Shown here: positions 11,557 to 23,068 of the stretch, one piece after another
How positions within the stretch are numbered: position 1 is the first letter of the stretch
How the letters are laid out: each line of letters starts with the position of its first letter
The notes under the pieces: model-generated
Told to the model about the DNA's origin: nothing
Databases searched by the model: none
The model's input: the letters and a program-made list of their open reading frames with translations, nothing else
Made by a program: the position numbers and the translations under genes
From: Octopus sinensis
Lineage: Eukaryota
DNA length: 64,000 nucleotides
Reading direction: 5' to 3'
Assembly (NCBI RefSeq): GCF_006345805.1
Contig: NC_042998.1
Location: forward strand, 4,898,001 to 4,962,000

Positions 11557-11941
11557 AAAAATATGCAGCATAAAAAACTAGAGGATGCATATATATTTAC
11601 ACACAATTGTCTCTATATATATATATATATATATATGTCGATATATATTGTGTGCATTTGTGCTTGTGCATGTAGTTAATGTAGTTATTTTTGCTTGTGC
11701 AATAAAATTGTGACAGTGACGAATTCCTTGTGAGTGTGGCTATTAAGAAATAGAGAGAAGTGATGGCAGCATTTTTTGTGAGTTCTGAAATAAATCTCTC
11801 CCATTTGAATACCTGGACACTGGTGAGCATTGAGGACATTTCACAATCACTCTCAGTCAATGTTATATGTCTTCAATTCTCATCAGAATGCAGCTATTAC
11901 TCTTAGATATTCATTTGAGAACGCACAACAAATGCTATATA

Positions 11942-12290
11942 TTGGGTTGTCCAGAAAGTTCGTGCCGATTTTTAAAGGAAAGAAAAAGGTCAATAAATAC
12001 TTGCCATTACATTCTTAATCAACCAGATATGAACCATTTTGTTGCACAATGCTTCTCCATCTTTCCTTTAACTTGAAAATACCTTCTTTCCAGATTTGAG
12101 GTGGTTTCATGGCAAAGAATTCATCAAGCTACCTTTTTACGTCATCCAAAGAATTGAAATTTTTACCATTAAGACTGTTCTGCAGAGACCTGACTAAGTG
12201 GAAATCCAAAGGAGCAACGTCTGGTGAATGTGGAGGGTGGGGTAACACATCCCAGCCGAGCTGAGCAATTTTTGTCTGGTTATCTCAGAA
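11942..12290 (-). mobile_element. Mariner-like DNA transposon 3' fragment (transposase C-terminus and TIR)
   Basis: Minus-strand LGWDVLPHPPHSPDVAPLDFHLVRSLQNSL...LKERWRSIVQQNG resembles the mariner HPPYSPDLAPSDFHLF motif. It ends in TTGGGTTGTCCAGAAAG after a TA. Confidence 0.85.
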
Positions 12291-12399
12291 ACAGTAGTAA
12301 GACGATAATTACCTCTTCTCCTTTTTTTGATACACCATACTCTAAATATTTTAAATGACTTGAGATGCTCGTCCTGCCTTGGTTTTGCTTTCCTTTTTC

Positions 12400-12473
<74 letters not shown>

Positions 12474-12564
12474 ACAAGCAATGAATGGAATGCATTAAAA
12501 TTCAGACACAATATTGAGAAATAGTTTTGAGAGATGTAACTTTGTAGAATATTGTTAGGTGATA

Positions 12565-12900
12565 CATTATTTACATTATTTACATTATTTACATTATTTA
12601 CATTATTTATATTCGACGGATATTTATCCTCATCTTGTTTGTTGTTAACACAACGTTTCGGCTGATATACCCTCCAGCCTTCTTCAGGTGTCTTCGGGAA
12701 ATTTCGAACCTGGGTTCTCATTCCTAGGTTATTTTTTTAGAACCCAGGTTCGAAATTTCCCCAAGACACCTGAAAAATGCTGGAGGGTTTATCAGCCGAA
12801 ACGTTGTGTTAATAACAAACAAGATGTGGACAAATACCCGTCGAATATAAATAATATAAATAATATAAATAATGTACATAATTCCTCATCTCTTAAATAT
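12565..12900. mobile_element. Head-to-head inverted pair of the short HHR-bearing element (family E body)
   Basis: The left arm 12565-12728 is the reverse complement of the right arm 12738-12900. The same body occurs at 15.0-15.8 kb and 22.35 kb. Confidence 0.85.
12648..12691 (-). ncRNA. Minimal type I hammerhead motif
   Basis: ACAC-CTGAAGA-A-GGCTG..CAGCC-GAAAC-GTT-GTGT: intact core, 4-bp stem I, 5-bp stem II, loopless palindromic AACGTT stem III. Confidence 0.75.
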
Positions 12901-13231
12901 ATAATTGTTATGTGATGTTTATTAAATACATACACGAGTGTGTGAGTATATACACATATCTATATGTATGTATTTCGTTTTGGGATTTGGTTTGCAAGAA
13001 TCTTTATGTGAGTTCGTCTTGCACCCTTTTCAATACTGAAAAGGTTGCATGACGCTACGAAAATTTTCGAAAAATGAATAAGTAAATGAGTGGAAAGTTT
13101 ACCAGTGAGTGTGTTCAATTATAAGGCATTAAAAGAGAATGACTCCAACCAGACAGAACAGTATATGTATGTATATCTATATGTATGTGTTTATCTCTCT
13201 ATCTATTTAACTATTTATTCTTATATTCGTT

Positions 13232-13395
13232 TATTTGTTTTATTTGAAGCGTTTAGTCGAATAAATCGACCCAAGACTTATTCTTTGTAAGCCTAGTACT
13301 TATTCTATCGGTCTGTTTCGCCGAACAGCTAAGTTACGGGGACGAAAACACCCCAACATCGGTTGTCAAGCAATGGTGGTAGGACAAACACAGAC
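13232..13395 (-). mobile_element. SINE family A 3' half; a further piece lies at about 14845-14895
   Basis: Matches the family A tail. The intervening (TA)n holds several other insertions. Confidence 0.7.
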
Positions 13396-13416
13396 ATACA
13401 AACATATATATAGATA

Positions 13417-13515
<99 letters not shown>

Positions 13516-13688
13516 CCGGAGTAAAAACATAAATGTGAAACAAGGTGGAAAAAAGAGTACTCAAATACCAGTGGTAGAGTAATATGCTTTATTTAAAGCA
13601 GCAGAAAATTCAACAAACCTGTTACTCTGAGTTTCCCGGGAAATTCAGAGTAACTGGTTTTGTGAATTTTCTGCTGCTTTAAATAAAG

Positions 13689-13692
<4 letters not shown>
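13516..13692. repeat. TA-flanked short element with a 55-bp-arm inverted repeat centred at 13637/13638
   Basis: GCTTTATTTAAAGCAGCAGAAAATTCA..GTTACTCTGAGTTTCCC|GGGAAATTCAGAGTAAC..TGAATTTTCTGCTGCTTTAAATAAAG. Confidence 0.85.
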
Positions 13693-13751
<59 letters not shown>

Positions 13752-13756
13752 ATATA

Positions 13757-14330
13757 CAAATTGAGATAGGGGTTGTAAATGCAACCCTCTATTGGATAAC
13801 GTATATCCAATATACTGCTAGTGAAGTACCCAACAAAGTTAATACATAAATGTTAATGATTGCGATGCAATCAATTCATTTACTGTATTATATGGGCAAA
13901 GGTAAAATGATTTACCACAAATTACTAATTCAAGATAAGAAAATGGAGAAATACATCAAAATCAAATATCAATTACCAGATAATACTCAATCACATACTT
14001 TATTAAACCACCACTGTAGGGTTAAATATAAAAAGCAGAACAAATCAGTGTACATAAAGGAACGTACATAGAAAAGTGTACATAAAAGAGTAATGTTGTA
14101 TAATAATTAGAATATATATAAAAAAGAATATAAATACAAGTAAGTATAAATATAAGTATAAATTAGATCTTACAGCTGTTTCGGCCATGTAGATAATTAT
14201 GTCTCATTTTACCAATATTAGCCCTTTATGGTTGGTCAATATATAGATATAAATGAGACATTAACAAAAATATCACAAGGCCTCTTCGGAGATTATGTAA
14301 TATAACACAGTCTACACATATACCCACATG
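13757..14330 (-). mobile_element. Penelope pLTR-like / retrozyme-like remnant ending at (TA)n
   Basis: Contains the HHR at 14167-14293 and ends in ACCCCTATCTCAATTT followed by (TA)n. Confidence 0.5.
14167..14293 (-). ncRNA. Type I hammerhead motif with CCGAAGA core and extended stem II
   Basis: ATCT-CCGAAGA-GGCC..[TGTCTCATTT/AAATGAGACA inner helix]..GGCC-GAAAC-AGCT-GTA-AGAT, with palindromic ACAGCTGT stem III. Confidence 0.68.
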
Positions 14331-14474
14331 GGTGTGTGTGCGCACCCACAATACAACATATATATATATACATATGAGTGCATATACTCACACTCCTATA
14401 CATATAAAAAATATACATTTAAAAAATATATTTAAAAATATTTGAAAAAAAAAATATATATATATGTATGTATG

Positions 14475-14560
<86 letters not shown>

Positions 14561-14567
<7 letters not shown>

Positions 14568-14750
14568 TAAGGGTAGAAATTGATATTAATCGATTAAAAC
14601 CAGTGGCTTAGCATATTTAAATAATCCGAAGGTTAAAAATTGTGTTATATAAAAATTTAGAGGACTGACCACTAAAGTGAACAGCCTATATGCTAAAGAT
14701 AGATGTCAAATCGCCATTACCACGAAGAATGTGTTCTCATTTTTTTGAGA
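14561..14750 (-). mobile_element. Diverged relative of the array 1 unit terminus, abutting (TA)n
   Basis: AAGGGTAGAAATTGATATTAAT vs GAGGGTGAAAAATCGATATTAAT; CAGTGGCTTAGCA vs AAGTGGCTTAGCA; TGCTAAAGATAG vs TGCTAAAAATAG. Confidence 0.65.
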
Positions 14751-14766
14751 ACACACACACACACAC

Positions 14767-14808
<42 letters not shown>

Positions 14809-15020
14809 TGTATAGAGGGCATTATTACACATAAATGCCACACGCTATATATACGACAGGTTTCTTTAAGTTTACGCCTATCCAATCCACTTACAATGTA
14901 TATATGTATATGTGTTTATGTGTGTGAGTGTGTGTGTACGTGTTTGTATGTTTGTGTGTGTGGCTCTCTCTCTCGCTTTCTCTCTCTACTTCTCTCTTTA
15001 TGTAATTTTGTATCAGGATA

Positions 15021-15357
15021 GTGCTTGCTTCGCATGGGACTTAATTTGCACCGTTTGTCGAAATTGAACTTATTGAATTGAGTTCTAAATTTAAGAGATG
15101 AGGAATTATGTACATTATTTACATTGTTTACATTTGACGGATATTTGTCCACACCTTGTTTGTTGTTAACACAACGTTTCGACTGATATACTCTCCAGCC
15201 TTCATCAGGTGTCTTGGGGTTAGTAGCCATCCCCAAGTTTCCGAGTTCGATTCCAGGCAGTGACCTGAATAATGATAATAATAATAATTATAATAATAAT
15301 ACTAATAATAATAATAATATAATAATAAGAATAATAATATAATAATAATAATAATTG

Positions 15358-15397
<40 letters not shown>

Positions 15398-15421
15398 TAA
15401 TAATATAATAATAATAATAAT

Positions 15422-15462
<41 letters not shown>

Positions 15463-15463
15463 G

Positions 15464-15511
<48 letters not shown>

Positions 15512-15790
15512 TAATAATAATAATAATAACAACAACAACAACAACAACATCGAAAAATACCTTAGGAATGAGAACCTAGGTTTGAAATTTCCCCAAGAAA
15601 CGTAATGAAGGCTGGAGGGTTTATCAGCCGAAATGTTGTGTTAACAACAAACAAGATGAGGACAAATATCCGTCAAATGTAAATAATGTAAATAATGTAC
15701 ATAATTCCTCATCTCTTAAATATAGAACTCAATCAAATAAGTTCAGTTTCGACAAACGGTGCGAGTTAAATGCCATGCGAAGCAAACACA
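15021..15790. mobile_element. Inverted pair of family E: minus arm 15021-15228; plus arm 15229-15790 with partial tRNA head, (AAT)n(AAC)n and HHR body
   Basis: The arms are reverse complements over about 200 bp. The head GAGTTCGATTCCAGGCAGTGACCTG matches the copy at 22.2 kb. Confidence 0.8.
15169..15212 (-). ncRNA. Minimal type I hammerhead motif
   Basis: ACAC-CTGATGA-A-GGCTG..CAGTC-GAAAC-GTT-GTGT, with an intact core. Confidence 0.75.
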
Positions 15791-16016
15791 AGCGGGAGAG
15801 AGAGGCACACACACACAAGATGAGGACAAATATCCGCCAAATGTAAATAACGTAAATAATGTGAATAAGTTATTTAATTGATCGCGGAAGGATAATCAGT
15901 TCAGTATCAATAAATTTGAATTCTGGAAATAAAAATTTGTTTGTTACAATACTCCTACCAGCTAACCGTATATTTCTTAAAAGGTGACCGAGATTGTGAG
16001 AAATCCCTGCATATGT

Positions 16017-16235
16017 GGAGGCGCAATGGCCCAGTGGTTAGGGCAGCGGACTTACGGTCGGAGGATCGCGGTTTCGATTCCCAGACCGGGCGTTGTGTGT
16101 GTTTATTGAGCGAAAACACCTAAAAGCTCCACGAAGCTCCGGCAGGGGATGGTGGTGATCCCTGCTGTACTCTTTCACGACTCTAAAGGCGGTGCTCCAG
16201 CATGGCTGCAGACAAATGACTGAAACAAGTACAAA
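16017..16235 (+). mobile_element. SINE family C 5' part fused to a family A tail fragment
   Basis: A box TGGCCCAGTGG and B box GGTTTCGATTCCC, then CTAAAGGCGGTGCTCCAGCATGG...GAAACAAGTA. Confidence 0.75.
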
Positions 16236-16377
16236 AAAAAAAAAAAAATGTGTCTAAATCGTTTACGAAATATCGAGGAGGTAATTTGTAATTAGCAGTC
16301 GAAGAAATCTGGTGTTTTTATGTGGGACTTCCTTGTTTGTCCTCCTGTAGATGATTACTTTAGATGACAATATAGAC

Positions 16378-16773
16378 AGGCGCAGGAGTGGCTGTGTGGT
16401 AAGTAGCTTGCTAACCAACCGCATGGTTCCGTGTTCAGTCCCACTGCGTGGCATCTTGGGCAAGTGTCTTTTGCTATAGCCCCGGGCCGACCAATGCCTT
16501 GTGAGTGGATTTGGTAGACGGAAACCGAAAGAAGCCCGTCGTATATATGTGTGTGTGTGTTTGTGTGTCTGTGTATGTCCCCCTAGCATTGCTTGACAGC
16601 CGATGCTGGTGTGTTTATGTCCCCGTTACTTAGCAGTTCGGCAAAAGAGACCGATAGAATAAGTACTGGGCTTACAAAAGAATATGTCCCGGGGTCGAGT
16701 TATTCGATTAAATGTGGTGCTCCAGCATGGCCGCAGGCAAATGACTGAAACAAGTAAAGGAGTAAAGGAGTAA
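16378..16773 (+). mobile_element. SINE family A, full length
   Basis: Head, core, internal microsatellite and (GAGTAAA)n-like tail. Confidence 0.9.
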
Positions 16774-17158
16774 TGCATTCATATAATTCATTTATTTGAT
16801 CATTTGGGTTTATATGTTCTGTATTAAACGAGATATATATAAAAAAATTGTTTTAAATTTCTCATTGCAATTCCAACTCGTGTTGCCTTGATGTCATTTA
16901 AAAGAATCGTTATAATTATCTACTATAATAATACTTTTTTGGCTTTCTCCGTCACAACATATGAATGAGAAAGGAAGGGGTGATGGCAAACTCGGTAATG
17001 GGATGGTGAACATTCAACGCTGAAAAGAAAAAGGAAACAGCGTTTCAACTCTGTGTGAGTATATGTGTGTATGCGTGTGCGTGTACAAGTATGTGAATGC
17101 ATGTGAACATTGGCAAGTGTATTAATTTGATTTACCATCCATATTTATTTATAAAATA

Positions 17159-17489
17159 CTACAATTAGCCGTCATTTTTGACGGCACGGTGCCATATAGT
17201 CTTATAATAATTATGCGGAAGCGTTCAGACTTAGCCCGTCTGAGCGCTTCCACGTGATTAGTTGAAGCGGAGAACGTGGGGGGAGGACGTGGGAGGGGAG
17301 GAGGAGGGTGAGGAAAATGTGTAATTTTTTTTAACTAATCCCCCCCTCTTACTTAGCCCATCTATAATGCTTTCACGTGATTAGTTGAATGGGAAAGGCG
17401 AAGAACGAAAGAAAAATGAAATAGCAAAAGAGGGTAAGGTGGAGAGTGAGGGAGAAAGAGGGAGGGTGTTGTGTATTAAGTCTATAAGA
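17159..17489 (-). mobile_element. Non-autonomous Helitron-like element
   Basis: 5' A|TCTTATAG; 3' hairpin GCCGTCA-AAAA-TGACGGC followed by TAATTGTAG|T (one change from CTAG). Confidence 0.55.
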
Positions 17490-17599
17490 TTTTGCATGAA
17501 GTTCATAAAAAGTATATATAAAGTGCATTAAGTAATCATCGTATTCCAATTTCCTTCACTTCCCCATGAGTAGCAGATGAGCGACTATCCTTTGACACA

Positions 17600-17702
17600 A
17601 ACACAACACAGACTAAACTTTCAGGACTTTTCGAAAAAGTTTTCAGAAATAACCCAATAAGTTTACCATTAATTGCGTGAAATACTCACGGGTTCCGCTA
17701 GT
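17600..17702 (+). mobile_element. Helitron-like 3' terminus (5' boundary not defined)
   Basis: CGTGA-AATAC-TCACG hairpin followed by GGTTCCGCTAG|T. Confidence 0.4.
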
Positions 17703-17978
17703 TATTGTCGTGTAACCACCGTGTTATTAGCAACATCATATTGTGAGGGATGTTCATCTCCCCTGTATTAACGGCCCTTCGCAGAAGGAACCGCATTTAT
17801 TACAATAATTAGTTATAGCCAAAGCAGTCTTCGCGCAAATCAATGCCGTGGGTCTATAGTGATTATTTATTGACTACAATCATAGATCAGAACTTTACGC
17901 TCGGATAATTTTCAAGTGTGCTCATGTTTTAAGACAGGGCTGGTTATTCCACTAATATTGCTGTAGTTATATGCTACT

Positions 17979-18225
17979 TATTTTTTTACTACCCACAAGG
18001 GGCTAAACACAGAGGGGACAAACAAGGACAGACAAAGGGGTTAAGTCGATTACATCGACCCCAGTGCGTAACTGGTACTTAATTTATCGACCCCGAAAGG
18101 ATGAAAGGCAAAGTCGACCTCGGCGGAATTTGAACTCAGAACGTAACGGCAGACGAAATACCTCTACGCATTTCGCCCGGCGTGCTAACGTTTCTGCCAG
18201 TTCGCCGCCTTTCTTCCAGCTCGCC
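17979..18225 (-). mobile_element. SINE family B with a 19-bp target-site duplication
   Basis: GCTGTAGTTATATGCTACT at 17960-17978 and 18226-18244 flanks the copy. Confidence 0.9.
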
Positions 18226-19377
18226 GCTGTAGTTATATGCTACTGGTCCCATATTTGATATTTCATCTCTGGTCCCAAATATACTGCAGCTATGTTTTAC
18301 TAGGTTCAAGTAAATCTAGAGTAACTTATCTCCATACGCACATTTTATTCTGTCTTAAACTTACAAATTATTGCTTTAATTTATGAACAGAATTTCGTCT
18401 AGGCCTATATCTATAAATTTATCTCCTTTTAGTATCTACATAAACCGAAATATACTTTCATAAGAATTTTTATTTCTCAACCTTGTTCTCTCAGTTTATT
18501 TTACCTAATACACAACGCACACATATGTATACACACATACATACATAGACAGATCCATGCACGTACACATTCATCCATCCATCTCAACATGCAAACACAC
18601 ATATATACACTAATGAAATCAGACGGAATCGGAAGTTTGCAAAAAAATCATTTCAATATATTTTCCATACACTCTATAGAGGAATCAAGGCCTCAAGGCC
18701 GAGTGTGCGAAAACAATGGTAGCTCAGACAATAAGTTCACACGCATTGCATTACAAAACCATCAACACTGACGTTCAAACAGACTCAAACAAACGCTCTC
18801 ACGTTCAACCACTCATGTGTACACACATACACTAAAATAAACATAATATCTGTGCATGTGTGTACATAAACTTTCGATTCTCGTGTGATACAAAAGAGGG
18901 CAAATGCTATTAAGCGTTTAGAGGTGCAAATTCGATAGTTTAATTCGCTCAGCGTCTCTGCAGTAATCGGAAACGCTTACAACACATACGATGATCAATT
19001 CCCGTGAGCAGTTCCGAACGCTTCTTCTGCCTTAAGTCCCTAAATAATAATCATATAACTTAGACGCACAGGGAAAAGTAAAACAAACGTGTTGCAAAAC
19101 GGGCTTTTTAACTCTCCGTCGGCAGAAACTAAATTCTATCTGATTACTTCCTAATCTATCTTCCTAAATCTTCAATTTCTTGTCGCTTAAATGCTTTTAA
19201 GGTTATCATTGCAAACACATGCATTTACGACCATATGCATACATACGCATACGCGCACACATGAGAATATTATGAATAATATAATACTAGGTTTACGCAA
19301 AATTGCATAGTATTTAGTTATAATGGGTTTGAATGCGTCAAAAACTGGCGTATCATCTATAAATAAATAAATAAATG

Positions 19378-19623
19378 CACCCTTTTAAAGCCTAGCCAAG
19401 CTCATGGGCCCGGTTTCCCGGTTTCCATGGCGTATGTGTTCCCCAGCTGGACGGGACACCAGTCCATCGCAGCGTTACTCATTTTTGCCAGCTGAGTGGA
19501 CTGGAGCAACGTGAAATGAAGTGTTTTGCTCAAGAACACAACGCGTCGGCTGGTCCAGGAATCGAAACCACAATCTTACGATCATGATGCTGATGCCCTA
19601 ACCATTAAGCCACGCGCCTCCAC
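19378..19623 (-). mobile_element. tRNA-derived SINE, family C-type head and tail with a different body
   Basis: Tail GGAAACCGGGAAACCGGGCCCATGAG shared with the copy at 34.5 kb, plus A/B-box-like head. Confidence 0.8.
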
Positions 19624-19671
19624 GCGTATCATCCATACAAACAATTAATGATCACATCAGACCAGGAGAAG

Positions 19672-19998
19672 ACGCGTAGCTTTGTGGTTAGGGTATTCGG
19701 CTCACGGCCGAAAAGTTGTGAGTTCAGTTCCCGGTGGCGTGATGTTGTGAGTTTAACACCTTGAGATAGACGATTTATTCCACGTCGCACTAATCCACTC
19801 AGCTGGCAAAAATGAGTAGTACCTGTATTTCAAAGGGCCAGCCTTGTCACACTTTGTGTCACGCAGAATCTCCTTCAGAATTACTTTAAGGATACGTATG
19901 TCTGTGGAGTGCTCAGCTACCCGCACATTAATTTCACGAGCATGCTATTCAGTTCATTAGATGAAATGGAACGTCGTCGTAACTGACGGAGGACCAGT
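19672..19998 (+). mobile_element. tRNA-derived SINE (family D)
   Basis: tRNA-like head; shares CCACTCAGCTGGCAAAAATGAGTA with the copy at 19378-19623. Confidence 0.65.
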
Positions 19999-20414
19999 TT
20001 AAAACATCTGACCAGATACCTAAAATCCAGAGACGGTCGAAGGGAAGATACAGTACATAGATAGGAGTCGGCTACTTAATTTATATAGTTTTTATACTAT
20101 TCTCTATAGAGTGTTTTATAAATGCATTAACGCCATTCACAACTGCTTAGCTATCTTTTCATTAAGTGCGTGGGCATTTTTCTTTCGTGTGTGTCTGTAT
20201 GCGTTTGTGTGTGAGTGTGTGTGTGTGTGTATGTGTGTGTGTTGGGATGTTTTTCATTTATGGCGTTCTGAGTTAGGTTCGGTTTTCGTTTTCATAGCCC
20301 AGGATTTCTAAAATACAGCATTAGTCAAGTACGTCGTCTGATTTTATTTGATACTCATCGCCAATCCCATAACAAAAAGAAGAAGGGTCTTGATCCTCAT
20401 CTTCAGCTATATGC

Positions 20415-20446
<32 letters not shown>

Positions 20447-20554
20447 ATGTGTGTGTGTGTGTGTCAGTGTGTGTGTGTGTATGTATGTATGTATCTATGT
20501 ATATATGTATGTATATATGTATGTGCATATTAATACACATATATTAAAGCACAC

Positions 20555-20816
20555 ACACACACATATATATATACATACATACGTACATATATAGATTCAT
20601 ACATACATACATAGATTCATACATACGTACATATATAGATTCATACGTACATACATAGATTCATACATACATACATACATACATACGTACATATATAGAT
20701 TCATACATACATACATACATACATACATACATACGTACATATATAGATTCATACATGCATACATACATACATACATACATACATACATACATACATACAT
20801 ACATACATACATACAT
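20555..20816. repeat. (ACAT)n-based micro/minisatellite
   Basis: Direct reading of the sequence. Confidence 0.9.
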
Positions 20817-21148
20817 AGGAGTCTGCATGTGCGTATGGTAGATACATATATGATTTCTCTAAACACTGATCTGTCTTAATCATAAATAATTTCGTCTCAC
20901 TATATCACTATACCTAATATATCTCTCTTTATTTCTCAGTATTACTGAGGCGATTTCTTTTTCCAGCGCTATACTACATCACTGTTCTATCTTTCTCTCT
21001 TTCACTACTTAGACACCTTAGTATTTCCTCTATATTTCTTTCTGTTGACGTATGTATATATATATCTGTATGTATGTATATATCTGTATGTATATGTGTT
21101 TGGGCTTGTGTGTGGATAAATGTAATCACTTTTACTCTCATTCTCTCT

Positions 21149-21182
<34 letters not shown>

Positions 21183-21867
21183 CTCTGCCTACCTATCTAA
21201 CTCTGAACATTCTACATTTCCTACCTACTTCCCCGACTCCTTCATATCTTCTCATTTTTCCATCCTCATCACCTGCTACCGCTTGTGTCTCTTCTTCCAT
21301 TATAACTAACTTCCACCTGTTATTCATAAGAACTTCTTTTATATCTCTTTCCTATTTATCCCTAAGGGTAGTCATCTATCATCGATAAATGTGTGTGCGT
21401 ACATGTATATATATATATATATAATAATATACGTATACAACTTTATATATGTATGTACACCATACATATATAAAGTTGTATACGTAATATATATATATAT
21501 ATTCTATACGTATACAACTTTATATATTTATGTACACACATACATACGCGCGCACACACCCATGAACACACACATATATACACTATATGTGTTCGTGTAT
21601 GTGTATGTGAATATATGTCTTCATGTATATAAGTGTGTGTGTATGGATGTCTATATGTGTGTGTATATATGTCGATGCATATACATAAATGTATTCGTTT
21701 CTAACACTTCTTATTTCACTTTCAAATAACCTCTCACTTCTCCATACTCACGAAATTCTTCTACTCATCGCCTCACCCCAGGTATCGTTTGCGTATACCA
21801 TTGCGAGCGTTCGTATCTGTCTACGTCTGTCTGTATATGATGTATATGTGCCTATATGTGTATGGGC

Positions 21868-21945
<78 letters not shown>

Positions 21946-21980
21946 ATATCTATCTATCATCTATCTATCTATCTATTATC

Positions 21981-22011
<31 letters not shown>

Positions 22012-22013
22012 AT

Positions 22014-22052
<39 letters not shown>

Positions 22053-22215
22053 TATAATATATCTATATATATATATACATAATATACTATATACATACAC
22101 AAAACACATATACATGCACCACACATATACACACATACACACATATACATACAACCATATATTTGCATATATATATATATATATATATTTATATACACAT
22201 GCATAAATTGATACG

Positions 22216-22284
22216 CATATGGCATAGTGGTTAAGAGCTCGGGCTACTAACCCCAAGATTCCAGAGTTCGATTCCAGACAGTGA

Positions 22285-22328
<44 letters not shown>

Positions 22329-22518
22329 GTAATAATTATAACAACAACAACATCGAAAAAACACCTTAGGAATGGGAACCCAGTTTCGAAGTTTCCCCAA
22401 GAGACCTGATGAATGCTGGAGGGTATATCAGCCGAAACGTTGTGTTAACATCAAGCAAGATGACGACAAATATCCGTCAAATGTAAATAATGTAAATAAT
22501 ACCTCATATCTTAAATAT
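22216..22518 (+). mobile_element. Family E: tRNA-headed SINE-like element with (AAT)n(AAC)n linker and minimal HHR (22402-22445)
   Basis: A box TGGCATAGTGG 22220-22230, anticodon-like GGG-CTACTAA-CCC, B box GAGTTCGATTCC 22264-22275, then CTGATGA-A-TGCTG..CAGCC-GAAACGTT-GTGT. Confidence 0.75.
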
Positions 22519-22551
22519 ACACCTGAATACTCTGACAGTGTTTATTTTTAT

Positions 22552-22709
22552 AGGCGTGGGCGTGGCTGTGTGGCAGTAGCTTGATTACCAGCCGCATGGT
22601 TCCGGGTTCAGCCCCACTACATGGAACCTTGCACCAAAGTCTTGCGAGAGGATTTGGTAGACGGAACTGAAAGAAGCCCCCCCCGATATATGTATATATG
22701 TATATAATA

Positions 22710-22747
<38 letters not shown>

Positions 22748-23006
22748 ATATATATATATATATATAATATAATATATATATATATATATATATGTATATA
22801 TGCGTGTGGTGTGGTATTTGTTTCTGTGTCTGCGTATGTCCCCGACCATCGCTTGACAACCGATGCTGATGTGTTTAGCGGTTCGGCAAAAAGAGACCGA
22901 TAGAATAAGCACTAGGCTTACAAAGAATACGTCCTGTGGTCGATTGGCTCGAAGTATGGCGGTGCTCCAGCATAGCCACAGTCAAATGAGTGAAACAAGT
23001 AAAAAC
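22552..23006 (+). mobile_element. SINE family A, diverged full-length copy
   Basis: Head, internal (TA)n and tail. Confidence 0.8.
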
Positions 23007-23068
23007 AATATATAAGTATACGCATATATATATATATATGTGTATGTGTGTGTATATATATATACACC

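Noticed and set aside
12194-12721. 175-aa minus-strand ORF
   Set aside because: It is a chance read-through of the family E body, (AATGTAAAT)n and (CT/CA)n repeats.
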